Notes: generated by a model not told the origin, from the letters alone. Positions 1 to 12,523 are shown, counted from the first letter of the whole stretch. The stretch is DNA of 62,160 nt, filler included, from Choristocarpus tenellus KU-1152 (GCA_964200185.2; 12 parts of 12 records of this genome joined end to end with filler, not necessarily neighbours in it), one strand, 5' to 3'. Made by a program: numbers and translations.

Positions 1-171
1 AGCGTGTACATTCTCCAACTGCTATATAGCTGACAACAGAGAACAGCTGATGAGCGTTCAAGACAGAAAAAAATGCTGCATGAATTGACAAGCTTCATTG
101 GGCTATGTGTAATACTGTTCTGAGGTATGCCCAGGAAAATCCACCAAATCCAGGTCCCCCACCGGAATAGG

Positions 172-480
172 TTACTGGTATCCACAACAGTCAACAAAAA
201 GAGACGATGTAAGCAGCTGCAGAGAGGTTGGTTTAATCTTCTTTTCAGTACACTCAAATTGTACAAAACTTGAAAATTGTATATTCTTGGTCCAATTATC
301 ACGGTGGGTCCACTCCCTACTTGAGGTGTAGATTGTATTCGGCTCGAGGGAATCACTGAAGGTATAGTTGCAAAAGCATATTATACACGACATCATAAAA
401 TCTCTGATCAGCTCTATCCCTACCTCCACAAGATGCGTTCCGTTTTAGGACAAATTTGGAATTAAGCATAATAGTGTAAG
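172..480 (-). pseudogene. Possible decayed Polinton/PLV minor capsid (penton)-like fragment
   Basis: Translation YTFSDSLEPNTI...IQFSSFVQFECTEKKIKPTSLQLLTSSLFVDCCG loosely follows the penton C-terminal pattern (YxxSDxxEP...I.I.L...VDF.G). It is on the same strand and contig as the pPolB fossil. Weak, by-eye similarity only. Confidence 0.25.
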
Positions 481-1809
481 GGAACCAAACGCAACACCCA
501 AGGAGAGGAAGAAAGATCATCTCCGCCAAACATTAGTCGTCTGAGGCGAGGATGCAAACACAGCAACGCAGGTGGACCATAGGTCACACTCCCACCTTGG
601 TTCCTTGGATCTCGCAGGTACTACCACTGACGTTCTCCAAGCATCTAAAGTCCGATATTGGGAAATCCTTACCCCCACTCGTCAAATAGACCTTTAAAGG
701 ACACTTTCACGTAGTCCATTTCAAGTGGAAGGAAGCGGGAGGTTGCAAAAGTAGCCTTTTATGGTCAAGTCTCGAAGGATCCACCATGCTGGGAATAATG
801 ATTGCGAACAGAGGGGCAAATGGTTCCCGACTGCTAAACAAAAACGTGTCGCAGAGGGCACGGCGTGCAAACCAAAGGCAAATATCCCCTGAGGGACACT
901 CATCCACCCCGTGCGTGTCATTGGGTGCATGCAAAGGTATGTACTGTTATAGGCGAGTAGCGCGAGTATTTCTTCCGGCACTTTAACCGGCGCGAGCAGT
1001 GTACACACGTGGGGAACCCCAAAAGGGGGGGGACTCCGATTTGCTAAAAAGTTGCAGAATAAAACCTGTAACTCGGAGAAAGTCGCAAGGGTCCCCAGAT
1101 GGAAAGATCGCAAAGGGTTCTTAAGATACATTCCAATATGTGTAAGCCAAAGAAAGTCCCAATAAACACTGATGATTAGAGATCCTAAAAACGGCTCCGA
1201 ATGTCTCTGCTCGAGTTAGAACCACATAGATCACTTTTGCTGATATCATACAATTTTTTCATATGCTGATTGATTCATTAAAAGTACCCTTGTTCTGCTG
1301 AGCTGAGGTTCGCTAACCCGTGGATTGGACTCCCTTGGCTGTGAGAGCATCCTAGGAGCCTTGTACGAGCATAGAGGCGTCATTTATAGGTCTGTAGATT
1401 GGAGCTACACATCTGGTTGAGGTAAGCTTCTGGAGCGTGCCTGTAACAGTACCTCCCAACAACGCCTTAATTAAATATTGAGGTGGGAAAGTGAATGGAT
1501 CACATACCTCGGCGTCATGCAAAGCAGAGCAGGTTCTACACTACCATAATACTTTTGTTGGAATTCCGTATATATTTTCCGTTCGGTTCCGGTACACCTT
1601 CCCGTGACGTTACTCTCGTTTGGGAATACTGGACAATCCCGCGTCTAGGAAAAAAACAAAATCTCGAGGCCTACTACCCGATTTGTAAGATCTCCAAAAT
1701 AAAAACATCAATACATACAAATCATTCACAGAACATTGTGACTTCCAAACAAAGGTGTTGTTATTTGGGGAACATGCAGATGAAAAGTGGAGAGCCGAAG
1801 CATACGAGA

Positions 1810-1990
1810 GGTACTCAGGGTGCGTTTTAAGGATGCTGACAAATATATGCAAATGTCGGGTCTTTGTACAAATTCGTGTGGGGCACTTTCTGAGTTCTGT
1901 ACGAAATACTCAACAATTAGATAAATCAACGGTCTCAAGTCAACCTTAGTACTTCGTCCGTAGAAATAAGGGTGGGATTGTAGTTGATGG
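1810..1990. repeat. Dispersed repeat family A (MITE-like)
   Basis: Core acggtctcaagtcaaccttagtacttcgtccgtagaaataagggtg recurs reverse-complemented at ~6890-6945 and in diverged form at ~18185-18240. Confidence 0.65.
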
Positions 1991-2739
1991 GAAAAGTGGG
2001 CTAACTTGCAGAGCGGCCAAAACCTGAGTACCTCCTGTTTACTTTGACTCTGGAGAATAGGTGGACAGGGGGAGAAGATCTGGTAGCGGACGTGCCTGGA
2101 AGACGGCCTTGAGGAGTTTGGGATGACGACTGAGGGATGGAGCACAAAAGCAAGCAACCAACACAGACGGGCGGTCCAAGTGTGTGGTTGGCACCGCAAA
2201 CAATCTTCATGGCAGAGTCCACCATTCGCTGCGATAGCTGATACAAGTCATGTCAAAGCGGCAACAATAAGCCAGGCAGCCTACAAGCAACCACGGCCAC
2301 TCCACTCTCTGCTGAATTCCGTTCTCATTGAATTTCTCATTTTTGATGGACTATTCATGAGTCCCTTTTTTCCCACCGTTGCCTTTGTTTGCTTTGTGTG
2401 ACACGTGATGAGTGTTGTTTTCGGATTGGATGAATGTGTGTTGCGTGTCAAGTTGTTTTCCTCGCTTGATGCAGTCCGCCACACAACCTCTTGATCATCT
2501 TGGGATGTTGGAAATGATTGATACACTGAGCGAGTTCCTTCGCCAATTTCCGATCTTTTCTCTTTACTTTCTAATTATTTCTTGTACCTCTCAAGCAGTG
2601 TGTTATGGTCTTGTCTTAACGACCTTTCCACCATTGGACAAGATGGGAAAAAGAAGAAGCAAATCATTGGGCTGGAAAGAGAGGCGAGCGAGGGGGGGGG
2701 GAGGGGGCACGACATTGATATATTCATACGAAGAATAGT

Positions 2740-4927
2740 TGGACTATGATCATGGTATTATTGAGAGGCAAGATACAGGAGCAAGAGATGACTTACAACT
2801 TATATAATCCGAAGCGAGCAGGTTAGAGGTGGGTGTCATAGTACCAACACCGAGATTGTCGTACAGTAGTAAAGTTTAAAGGAAAATGAAATTTGTAAGG
2901 AAGAATAGCATGAAAAACAATCGAGGAACCTCAGGAAGCAAATGTACTACATAAAATGTAAATAGTACTACATGGGAATATAGGTACACCAGAATCGAAA
3001 TTTGGAGAAGTAGGTCAGATTATGATAGTGATTTGTGTAGCCCTTCTGATCATGGGTGGAGATCAGTTCCTACACTAGCACAGGTAGCACACGCCGAGAA
3101 AAATGACTACGTGATGAATGGAGAGATACAAAAAAGTGTCCTATCGATTCCCGTCCCCTCTCGGTCAGAAATAGTTTTGAAGTAGCTTACATCACGCAGA
3201 GATAGGCTAGTTCCGCAAAGTTAGTACACATATTTTGAAGTACTGTTGTTGATCGTGTGCGGTATTATCAAAAATATTCGTGAACAAGTCATACAACTCA
3301 CGATTTACCTCATTCGCCCTCCTCAAATGGGTATAAAAGAAATAGGTACAAATATTTGTTTTGCGAAAGTTGAAAGAGTGCTGAATATGTAGCAATCATT
3401 TCTACACAGGAATCTTGTACAACAAATGCTGTATGCACATACATGGCAGGAAGGCAGTAGTACAATATTGATAGGGGTGAAGTAACAGGTAGATTATCAG
3501 TGTTTTATCGTGTTTTTCGCATTTATGATATTATATTTCTTTAGGGCTTATACCGACATATGTATAGTTTCCATTTGTTTCCCCCCTGGCACATCTGCAA
3601 AATGTCAGAGGGCATAATAATACGTACACACGATTTGTTGTATATGCAATTCACCATTTTGTCAACACGTGTAAATGATCTGTAAGGGGATGATTGTGTA
3701 TTGCTGATGTGTCTCTGGCTCATCTTCTCGTATACATATCTCACCTTGTAGTCTAATAGGAAATAAACAACTGCATACAAACCTCTCGTGACTTACGACG
3801 AACACCATACTGTGACAAATCTTAGGATACTACTACTATCGATAGATTACGTACAGTACTTGGTTCCCTTTTTCTATGATAGTATAGACATAGTATTATC
3901 CCCCTTTCCAAACGGGCACGTTGTGGAAGTCCCAGTAGTCGTATAATGGGCGACATCTAGCCTTGTGCATGCCCCCAAGTTCGATACCTGTTGGGGGGTC
4001 GTCCTCAAATATTGAATGGTGTTGACAAAATTTGCTGTTGTATCGGTGGTCAGTGCTGGGATATCGCGTATCGATACCACTCCTTATGGGAAAATATGTA
4101 CGAATATTTATTGGTGCACTTTCATCTTCTCCAAAATGTCAACAAAAAATAGTTCTCGTACCAGTCCCCCATCACCGATTCGTGAAGAAAGGTATGTCCG
4201 TATACCGCCTGATTATCTGCGAAAATATATGTGCAAATGCTTTCCGTTGTACGAAGGAGTTTTGAGTTGAATCCATTGCCAATAGTTTGTGGTCTTAAGC
4301 ACAAGTTGTACAAATCGCAGTCTGTTGATTCGTCAACATCCCAACAGGTTGTCGGAAGATTCGTCCCATACATCTATCGGTGAGAAACATTTATGGGGAA
4401 CAAATGATCGGGATGCACTAATGAAAGAGTAAACTCCTGACTGAATCTTCGACTTTTTGGTGAGGATATACATATTTCAAGGTGCATAACCCATATTTGT
4501 TTATTCGTACGAAGAATGACCATTGATTTCTCCGAAATTGATTTGTACATCACAAATCAGATTTGATTTCTCCCATGTGTGTAATAGTAGACATAGAGAT
4601 ACATGTGATGGGTGGACAACGGTTCCAATTTTATTGGATTTTTTTGAAGTGTAAGATCGTTCCAAATCATACATGGGATTGGTAGTGTATATAGACAGAT
4701 GTAGTAGGTAGATAGGAAAAGTTCGGTAAAATTCCAGACATAAAAGAAAAAACTCGAAGTCTCCAAACAAAGTGTAGGATGGTGTGTATCAGTCACAAAT
4801 TGGAAAGCGTTTTGGAGTGTCACATCTTGCTCAACCACGATACATAGACACAACTGTTAAAGTATCCCCAAAATCATCAAAGAACATAAAGGTGATAAAC
4901 CTGGCGAGATTGCTTGGTGTCTGTAGA
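2740..4927 (-). pseudogene. Decayed protein-primed DNA polymerase B (Polinton/Maverick or Polinton-like virus type)
   Basis: Remnant motifs appear in the correct order across frameshifts. ExoI-like FGDFEF (~4765) or WDVDES (~4345); ExoII-like IFADNQAVYGHTFL (~4185-4230); SIRDIPAL (~4065); KYC (~3855); MCQGG (~3590); motif A remnant YTYVGIS then LPVTSP (~3480-3570); motif B SLRDV/KLLQNYF* (~3165-3205, cf. KLxxNSFWG); motif C VL/YYDTH (~2829-2850, cf. VLYYDTDS); then FGLYKL. Confidence 0.7.
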
Positions 4928-5027
4928 NNNNNNNNNNNNNNNNNNNNNNNNNNNNNNNNNNNNNNNNNNNNTTAATTAATTAANNNNNNNNNNNNNNNNN
5001 NNNNNNNNNNNNNNNNNNNNNNNNNNN
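4928..5027. other. Artificial contig linker
   Basis: 44 N + TTAATTAATTAA (stops in all frames) + 44 N. Confidence 0.98.
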
Positions 5028-5039
5028 TGTGAATTGGAT

Positions 5040-7330
5040 TTGACTTGTACATCCTGGAAAGGTGAGCATTGAGGGGCGCCTGTAACATAACAATATAATA
5101 TTTGTATGTACATCATTTGTTGCTCATGAGATCATGCTCTGCATTCCACATACTTGCTCGCCCTTTATCACATCCCCATCACCATGTTAACTACCCCATG
5201 CTACAAAGATGTTTTGCGCACAAGTACTCCCATATCCATAGCTAAAGTGGAGGAAGGTGTTGGGTCTAGTTGCACGTATGATGTTACGGTGTGGCACAGC
5301 AGGGAACCACACACAACATAGTGTGAGTGCCAATTCCCCAACAAGAATGGGTTTCATATCACCATGTGCAGGCAATGTCGCAGAACTTGAACGTGGCAGG
5401 TCAGATGCTAAAGCTTGTTCTGGAGAGTTACATCCTCGAGGAATATGTAAGGTAGTGTAAAGGGGTTGTAAAGGTCGCCACACACGGCCTACATATTGGC
5501 CCTGCCGTATGTCCACCCACACGGAACGAGGCAGTATGCAAGGGAAAACCGCAGACAAAGCAGATTTTCAGTACTAGTGATCAAACCTAGCCTATGAGAC
5601 CTCGCAGAATGTATGTTGCCAATGCTCGCTCCACCACAAGGTCCAATATCTTTGCCACCTCCATCAATATCACCTCCACCAATGCATTGAGCTCCAGAGT
5701 ACCACCAGCATGGATGGTTACCCCCCCAACCACTCTTCTGTTCGACAGGGTGCAATTGCATGGAGATTGGGGGTAGGCCCTTCTGCAGCAGTAAAATGGG
5801 CAGCAGTACTCCAAAAGGTCATGTTTACAGGGGGTCCAGCACACGCAATGGTACCTGCTCTCTCTACATGGGGGATGGAGCAGAAGGTGTAGATATAAGG
5901 ATCAAGCCTTCTATGGCAGGAGTATGTTACTTTTCTGCATCAACAGGACCAGGGCACTCATTCCATGGTGTCATAGGAGGAGGTCGTGTACCAGCAATGG
6001 GCATATTACCACCACCCTCTCCATAACTATTCCACAATAGTAGGAGGCTGGATGTGGCAAGGGAACGACATCGACCACTCACATTACGTGCTGAACTTCA
6101 TGTGTCACCACCCCTACACAATTGTGGTTGGTGGTAATATGGAGTCTACACGTCAAACTGGAGTCCAGCAGTACTGCTGTGGCCACTGGCTCGACAGTAT
6201 GACCCCATGCCACGTTTGAAGAACTGCTGGATCCTCACCTTGTTGCACTCATGCATCAATATTATGCTGGTTGTCATTAGTATAGACATATTTTATGAAG
6301 GTTAAGGTGCTTGTGCTGTGTCAAGGGGAGAATATTCATTGGTGTGTTAGTGTCAGCTACTGACACAAATGGGATTTCTGTTTTCAGATGATACCTTTTG
6401 CCTTTAGCTGTGTTATATCCTGTCTGTACAGAGGGTGTTCCTCACTTTCGAGTACTGCTGTAGGACCACTGACTTTGTGTCGCTTCATGGTTTTGGGCCC
6501 GTGGGAGGCATATTTTTTCGTGAGTGTTATGATATGGTGTGCTTTTCGGACTTCCACATGTGTGCATGCTTGTTATGGACCATGTTGACTCCTTAGGTGA
6601 CAAATGATTTCATGCTTGGGACTAGGGTTATCTGAAGTTGTGGAAAGGTTATGTCCATAATCATTTCAAAGATGACTAGGATATGTCCTCACCATGATTT
6701 AATTTCTTGTGCTTCCCTTTCTTAATATGTTTTGTTATTATTATTTTTTCTAGCAATGGAGGTGACTGGTGGGACACTACCAGGTGGAGATGGGGTCTGG
6801 GGGGTGTACTACACTGGGTCAAAGGTAAAAAAGATATACCCAGGTTTTGGCTATTTTGCATTTGAAGTCTGTTTTTCAATCTCTTGTATTTCACCCATAT
6901 TTCCACGGATGTAGTTCTGAGGTTGACTTGAGACCGTTTATTTCTCAATTATTTTTAATTTTTCCAACACAACGAATAAAATCCTATACATATTTGCAAA
7001 AAAGTCGAATTTTGCACCTATTTGATGGCGTCATTAAAATGTAACTCTTGAAAGTACCTCTCATTTGCTTTGAATCACTAGACAAGGCCATATTGTCAAG
7101 TTGCTTTGATGTGATAAGAGTATGTAGTGCGTGATGTCACGGTGTGGGGTTGATGCATTTCTCAGACTGGGGCACCAGTCTCTTTCTGGTTGTTCAGTAC
7201 TTTTTGCTATTATTGTTTTGGCGTGGCACTTTGTCATCTTCTGTCTGTGTTCTTGACGTTGCTGTACCAGTACTTGAAACGCACATCCACTATAGTGAAT
7301 GTAGTTGTTCTTGAATTGCTCTCTCCTACT
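5040..7330 (+). mobile_element. Degenerate Ty1/copia LTR retrotransposon (gag-protease-pre-integrase remnant)
   Basis: Zinc-knuckle-like remnant at ~5565-5612, Pro-rich linker, protease motif HWLDSMTPCHV (~6184-6216, cf. WxLDSGAxxHM) and GAG-pre-integrase DAFLRLGHQS (~7152-7181, cf. WHxRLGH). Many stops; interrupted by a family A repeat. Confidence 0.55.
6760..7060. repeat. Dispersed repeat family A, inverted copy inserted in the Copia remnant
   Basis: Reverse complement of the cores at 1810-1990 and 18040-18310. Confidence 0.6.
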
Positions 7331-8491
7331 GCTGATCTTCTATTCAATACTTCGAATCAAAACAGATGACATATGTATGCATGGATCGAACAGGACATTA
7401 CTTGGAGGGAGTGTGTGGCATACAACATCAAACAGAAACAACACCTCCAAACCTCACTCCCATCTCACACAATCATAAATGGGCAGGCCATGCACCCACC
7501 ATGAATTCAGGCTATCGTCATGTTACACGCATATGACAAAATTTTACAAATAAGAAAACCTTTGTCAGGGGAAAAGGAGTGAACACAGAACGTATGACAA
7601 GAAATAGGTAAAAACAGTAGATCAAGAGAAACGGAACACTTCAATAAACAATACTTTTTGACCCCAGACACCACTACTATCATTCTCAAATCATCTATAG
7701 GTTGTTGCACAATATGCATCCATCTTTAACCAGCTTTCGCTTCTGACTACCCAACACCCAACAAGCACAAGGAATCATGATGTGGTATACATACATATTC
7801 TTATAATGATTGACTGCTCTCTACCCATCTATACTACTACTATAATACTATTTTCGGTGTTGCTGTGGTGAATATATGGTGCATAATGATATTATATGTA
7901 TATTACTATCTGTCCCTCCCAAACGCCCCTCCTGCCTGTGCCTTACATATTATAACCAGAGGAGAAAGGAATGAATAAAATAACCGATATATTACTCAGG
8001 GTATATTCCACGATAAAAAATGTCAGGGCAAGCTTATCAGTTGCACGGACCTCCTCCCTGCATGCTCGCTGCTGCCTTGGGTGCTGCCTGCCCTTGCCTA
8101 TTCCTTCGTTTTCCTCAGGACGATTGTTGTTTGCGATTTGGACACAACATCCGCACCTCCACAAAATACCTCCCCAAACGACCACCACAACTTGCTTTTG
8201 GATTTGGAAAAGATTAGGTGCACCTTGACGAAAATAATATGGGAAAACAAACTTGATTTTTAATGCGGTTTGGACAAGATTAGACAGAGGCACTTTAGAC
8301 AAAATAAAATATTAGAACGTTAACACAAACTCTCTTTCGATTTGGACAAGATCAGGTCCACCTTCACAAAAACGTTTCTGGAATAGCAACACACCCATTT
8401 TTTATGCTTAGACCAGATTGGGTGTATACACCTTGAATGAATCTTAATTATAGCTTTCAGAACACCTTCAAAATGTCCAAGTGCTTGTTAG

Positions 8492-8654
8492 GTCCACCTC
8501 ACTTTGCTCATTTGACCCTCGCGGACGTAAGCCCCCCACGTGTGTTATACCATCACCCAGAAAATATGGCCGTTATAGTTTCCTTGTGGAAAGCTGTCGC
8601 ACATTTATCCGCAGGATTGGGTGACGAGAAATTCGTAGGTCTGTTGACATGCTG
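8492..8654 (+). CDS. Possible isolated internal exon of an unknown gene
   Basis: ttag| open frame PPHFAHLTLAD...VIVSLWKAVAHLSAGLGDEKFVGLLTC |gtgagt; no partner exons identified. Confidence 0.3.
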
Positions 8655-8772
8655 GTGAGTGAAGCATGGTATTCTGTGTGAACTGACTCTGAGTGTGTCT
8701 TGCAGTTTTGGAGATTAATTCTCAAAAGAAACAAGAAGATATGTCCATCATTGTTGTAAGCAACTGATTAAT

Positions 8773-8944
8773 GGCTCAAAGCATCTGGGGGGGGTAACGG
8801 CTGTCCATTTGGGGTCCATTTTTTCATGTCACGATTATTGGGTGATTTGGTTGCATACACCGGAGGGATAATGTAAATACACTTTTCCTGATTTTGGGTC
8901 AAATGGACACCCCTGTGTAGACCCCCCCCCCAGATACTTTGGGT
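8773..8944. mobile_element. MITE family B (~170 bp, TIR caaagtatctgggggg)
   Basis: Ends caaagcatctggggg ... ccccccagatactttg; a reverse-orientation copy lies at 25452-25627. Confidence 0.75.
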
Positions 8945-9113
8945 ATAATTCGGAACTGGAGTCCCTGCGTTGTAAACAACTGATTAATTTGGATCTGGAA
9001 TCCCTGTGTCGGAAACAAACAGCAAATTTGAACCTGGACTCCCTGTGAAACCAATTTGGAGTCTTAATTATTTTATAATTATTTGCTCGAAGTATCTGGG
9101 GGGGGGGGGGGGG

Positions 9114-9213
9114 NNNNNNNNNNNNNNNNNNNNNNNNNNNNNNNNNNNNNNNNNNNNTTAATTAATTAANNNNNNNNNNNNNNNNNNNNNNNNNNNNNNN
9201 NNNNNNNNNNNNN
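9114..9213. other. Artificial contig linker
   Basis: N44-TTAATTAATTAA-N44. Confidence 0.98.
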
Positions 9214-9729
9214 AGTGTAAATCTAAAAATAAATTCAACTATTTAAAAAAAAAAAAAAAAAAAATTTGAAAAAAAAATAAAATTCCCCCCCCCCCCTCCC
9301 CTCCCCTCCCCTCCCCCCAAAGTATAGATCGATACATCTTGACTGTATCATCGTATACAACCCAGCAAATTGAGGACGGATTACAACAGAGACGATAAGC
9401 CAATCGCGTGATCGCATTAAAGAATAATAGAAGCAAAACCATACTTGAGTAAACCTTGTGTTTAACTGCGCTGCAACTTACCAACTTCATTGGATTTTTT
9501 AATTTAAAAAAAAAAAATTGTTTCTCTTTAGACAGCGATATCCCCCATCACTCATACCCAGAAGAGATAAAGATGTAAAATAATAAAATATAAACAGTCT
9601 CGAAAAACAAAACAAAAAAGTTTGTGCAATAGATTCACTCTGGGAAGACTCGCAAACAAAACGCCTTACAAGGTTTGGGAGACCAGGGATCCACAAGGGT
9701 TTCGATATGAGGGGGGGGCACTCAACTTC

Positions 9730-9801
9730 ACACCACTGGTGAAATGATAGCATTTCAGATTCCAGCCCAGAATGTTGCAAGTTCGAATCTCATCAGGTTT
9801 A
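9730..9801 (+). pseudogene. tRNA-Trp(CCA) pseudogene or tRNA-derived SINE head
   Basis: 72 nt that align position-for-position with eukaryotic tRNA-Trp: acaccac tg gtga aatgata gcat t tcaga ttCCAgc ccaga atgtt gcaag ttcgaat ctcat caggttt a, followed by a T-tract. The stems contain many mismatches. Confidence 0.7.
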
Positions 9802-10334
9802 TTCTTTTTACGGCACTATCCTTGCTCAGTCACGCACACAAGACACAAACCACACTTCTATAGCAAAAAAGGCGCACAACCAGCCTACTGCAATCATCTA
9901 CTGAATCAAAAGTGGTAGACCTTTTCGAGAACCCTAGAGAGATTGGATGATTCTTGATACGCTATATGATAAATATACATCATATTCTTATACTTTTGGA
10001 GGGGGAGGGCGATGCCGTTTTTATTAAATATTTTTTAAACGAAGGCTTTAGGTTCAGACTCAAATTGTATTCTTTTAAAAATCAGAACAGAACAGTACAT
10101 TAAAAAAATTAATATAAACTCTACCGTGAATAGTTAAAGAATGAATAAAAATCAAACCACATAAGATCAATATCCAAAGAAGAATCATCAGTTGATTGCA
10201 TGAGGTAGAGGGAGGAACAAAGTGTGGGAGAGATGTGCAATAGAAGGGGTATCAGTCACAAGATGCAACTAGGTGGATGTGTGTGTTGGTCGTAATGGAT
10301 GCACACCTCTCCTTTTCTCACAAAGCACCCTTCC

Positions 10335-11219
10335 GGTATATGTACCTCTACAGCAGTCGCACATAGTATGAAGATACAGCAATAGTGACATATTAGGGTA
10401 CTTTGTACGTCTAGAGTAGGCGCCCATAGGTACAGCAATCATGACTTGTTAGGGTATATGTACCTCTACAGGAGTCGTACAGTATGATAAAGATACAACA
10501 ATTTCGACACAATAGGGTACATGTATCTCTACAGGAGTCGTACAGTATGATAAAGATACAACAATGTTGACACAATAGGGTACATGTACCTCTAGAGTAG
10601 TCATACAGTATGATAAAGATACAACAATTTCGACACAGTAGGGTACATGTACATCTACAGGAGTCATACAGTATGATAAAGATACAACAATGTTGACACA
10701 ATAGGGTACATGTACCTCTAGAGTAGGCATACAGGATGATAAAGATACAACAATTTCGACACAGTAGGGTACATGTACATCTACAGGAGTCACAGTATGA
10801 TAAAGATACAACAATGTTGACACAATAGGGTACATGTACCTCTAGAGTAGTCATACAGCATGATGAAGATACAACTATTTTGACACATTAGGGTACATGT
10901 ACCTCTACAGGAGTCATACAGTATGATAAAGATACAACAATTTTGACACAATAGGGTACATGTACATCTACAGGAGTCATACAGTATGATAAAGATACAA
11001 CAATTTTGACACAATAGGGTACATGTACCTCTACAGGAGTCATACAGTATGATGAAGATACAATAATTTTGACACATTAGGGTACATGTACCTCTACAGG
11101 AGTCATACAGCATGATGAAGATACAATAATTTTGACACATTAGGGTACATGTACCTCTACAGGAGTCATACAGTATGATAAAGATACAACAATTTTGACA
11201 CAATAGGGTACATGTACCT
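10335..11219. repeat. 63-bp minisatellite, ~14 copies
   Basis: Unit tagggtacatgtacctctacaggagtcatacagtatgataaagatacaacaattttgacacaa (starts at 10952 and 11015). Two variants alternate in ~10510-10860. Confidence 0.95.
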
Positions 11220-12523
11220 CATCTTTGATGGCAGTGATGGCCCCCCTGAAGAACGATTCGACCAGGGCAGCAGGAAGGACTAGATTCCGCCTGGTACCTC
11301 CAACGTGTAACTGAACATAAACAAATAAATTAAATAATCAGAGAAAAAAGAGAAGAAAAAAGCATCATGGAAAGATCTTTCAAAAACAAGACAAACCACG
11401 AGTGAATTAAGGATTCATCTAACTAAGAACACATCAATTTTAACACCACTGTAACAAATATGAGTGAATATAGTCGAGTATATACATGAGAAGGATACAT
11501 CAAGAGTACTTAGAAAAAAAAAAAATCAGAACAAAAATCAAGCACGCCTAAAAAATGTTGAAAACCGTAAATTAGCAAACCTATTACACATTTTATAAAA
11601 CAAAAACTTATCACTCTTCATTACTAAATAAAAACAATAGTACTTTTTTTTTTTAATTAACAAAAATACCATTACAACTGCTCTCCCCCTCCCTTCACAA
11701 GAACTCCAACAACACACCAAATCAAGCATGCAACAATACTTACCATTACAAAAATAGCAATTCAACCTATCGCATTTAAATCACACTATATCCCAACCCA
11801 TACCATCAAAGCCTGCCCCTCAGCAAATAACCACCGAGCCAAATTATATTTTAGGGTTAAGGGTAGAGCCGCATCCATTTGGGGGCCAACATCCATTGTT
11901 GTGATCTAGATGTAATTTGGATTATCGTGTTTGTTAGGGTTAGGGTTAGTATCCTTGTTCCAGACATAACTTTTCATATCATACACACTTTACCTACTCC
12001 GAAACATTTCTGAGTAGGAATGTTCTGGAGTAGGAAAATGTCATCAAAAAAAAAGAACATGAGAAGTCAAGCCCCAAACAGATAAACAGGGCAAAATTCG
12101 TACCGTCTAAGACACTTTCACTCACTATCACACGACTTGTCACTCAAGACCTCAAAACACTCACTCATCTTACAGGGCCCACACACCCATACCTACCAAC
12201 CACAGACCTTGCCCACAGTCCCACCATCAAATGTGACACAACCAACTCAACACATACCCCACCAATCAGCTCAAGTCCTCCTACATTTCCCTTTCCGCCC
12301 CACCCAACCAACCACCTACCCACCTATCCCCAACCCTGTCCCATACAGTTATTTGATGGTAAATGACGTACATCCAAACACATCACACATCCACTACCGA
12401 ATAGCATGCAGCGAGAGAAACGCCTTGGCCAAAATGAAAACCTCACACAGGACACATGCCAACGCCTCCCAAGCGTTAAGAGATACTCCATCTACAAGAC
12501 GGTCCTCACATACACATGTCAAA

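Noticed and set aside
4972-4983. Recurrent TTAATTAATTAA palindrome between N runs as a biological motif
   Set aside because: The same 100-bp cassette occurs at all eleven gaps; it is a concatenation linker. Features on different contigs cannot be treated as linked.
10020-10200. AT-rich tract as an organellar insertion
   Set aside because: No recognisable organellar gene could be read in any frame.
10335-11219. CRISPR array, or Cys-rich repeat protein ORFs (10411-11203)
   Set aside because: Units are contiguous with no unique spacers and there are no cas genes; the ORFs arise because the unit length is a multiple of 3.
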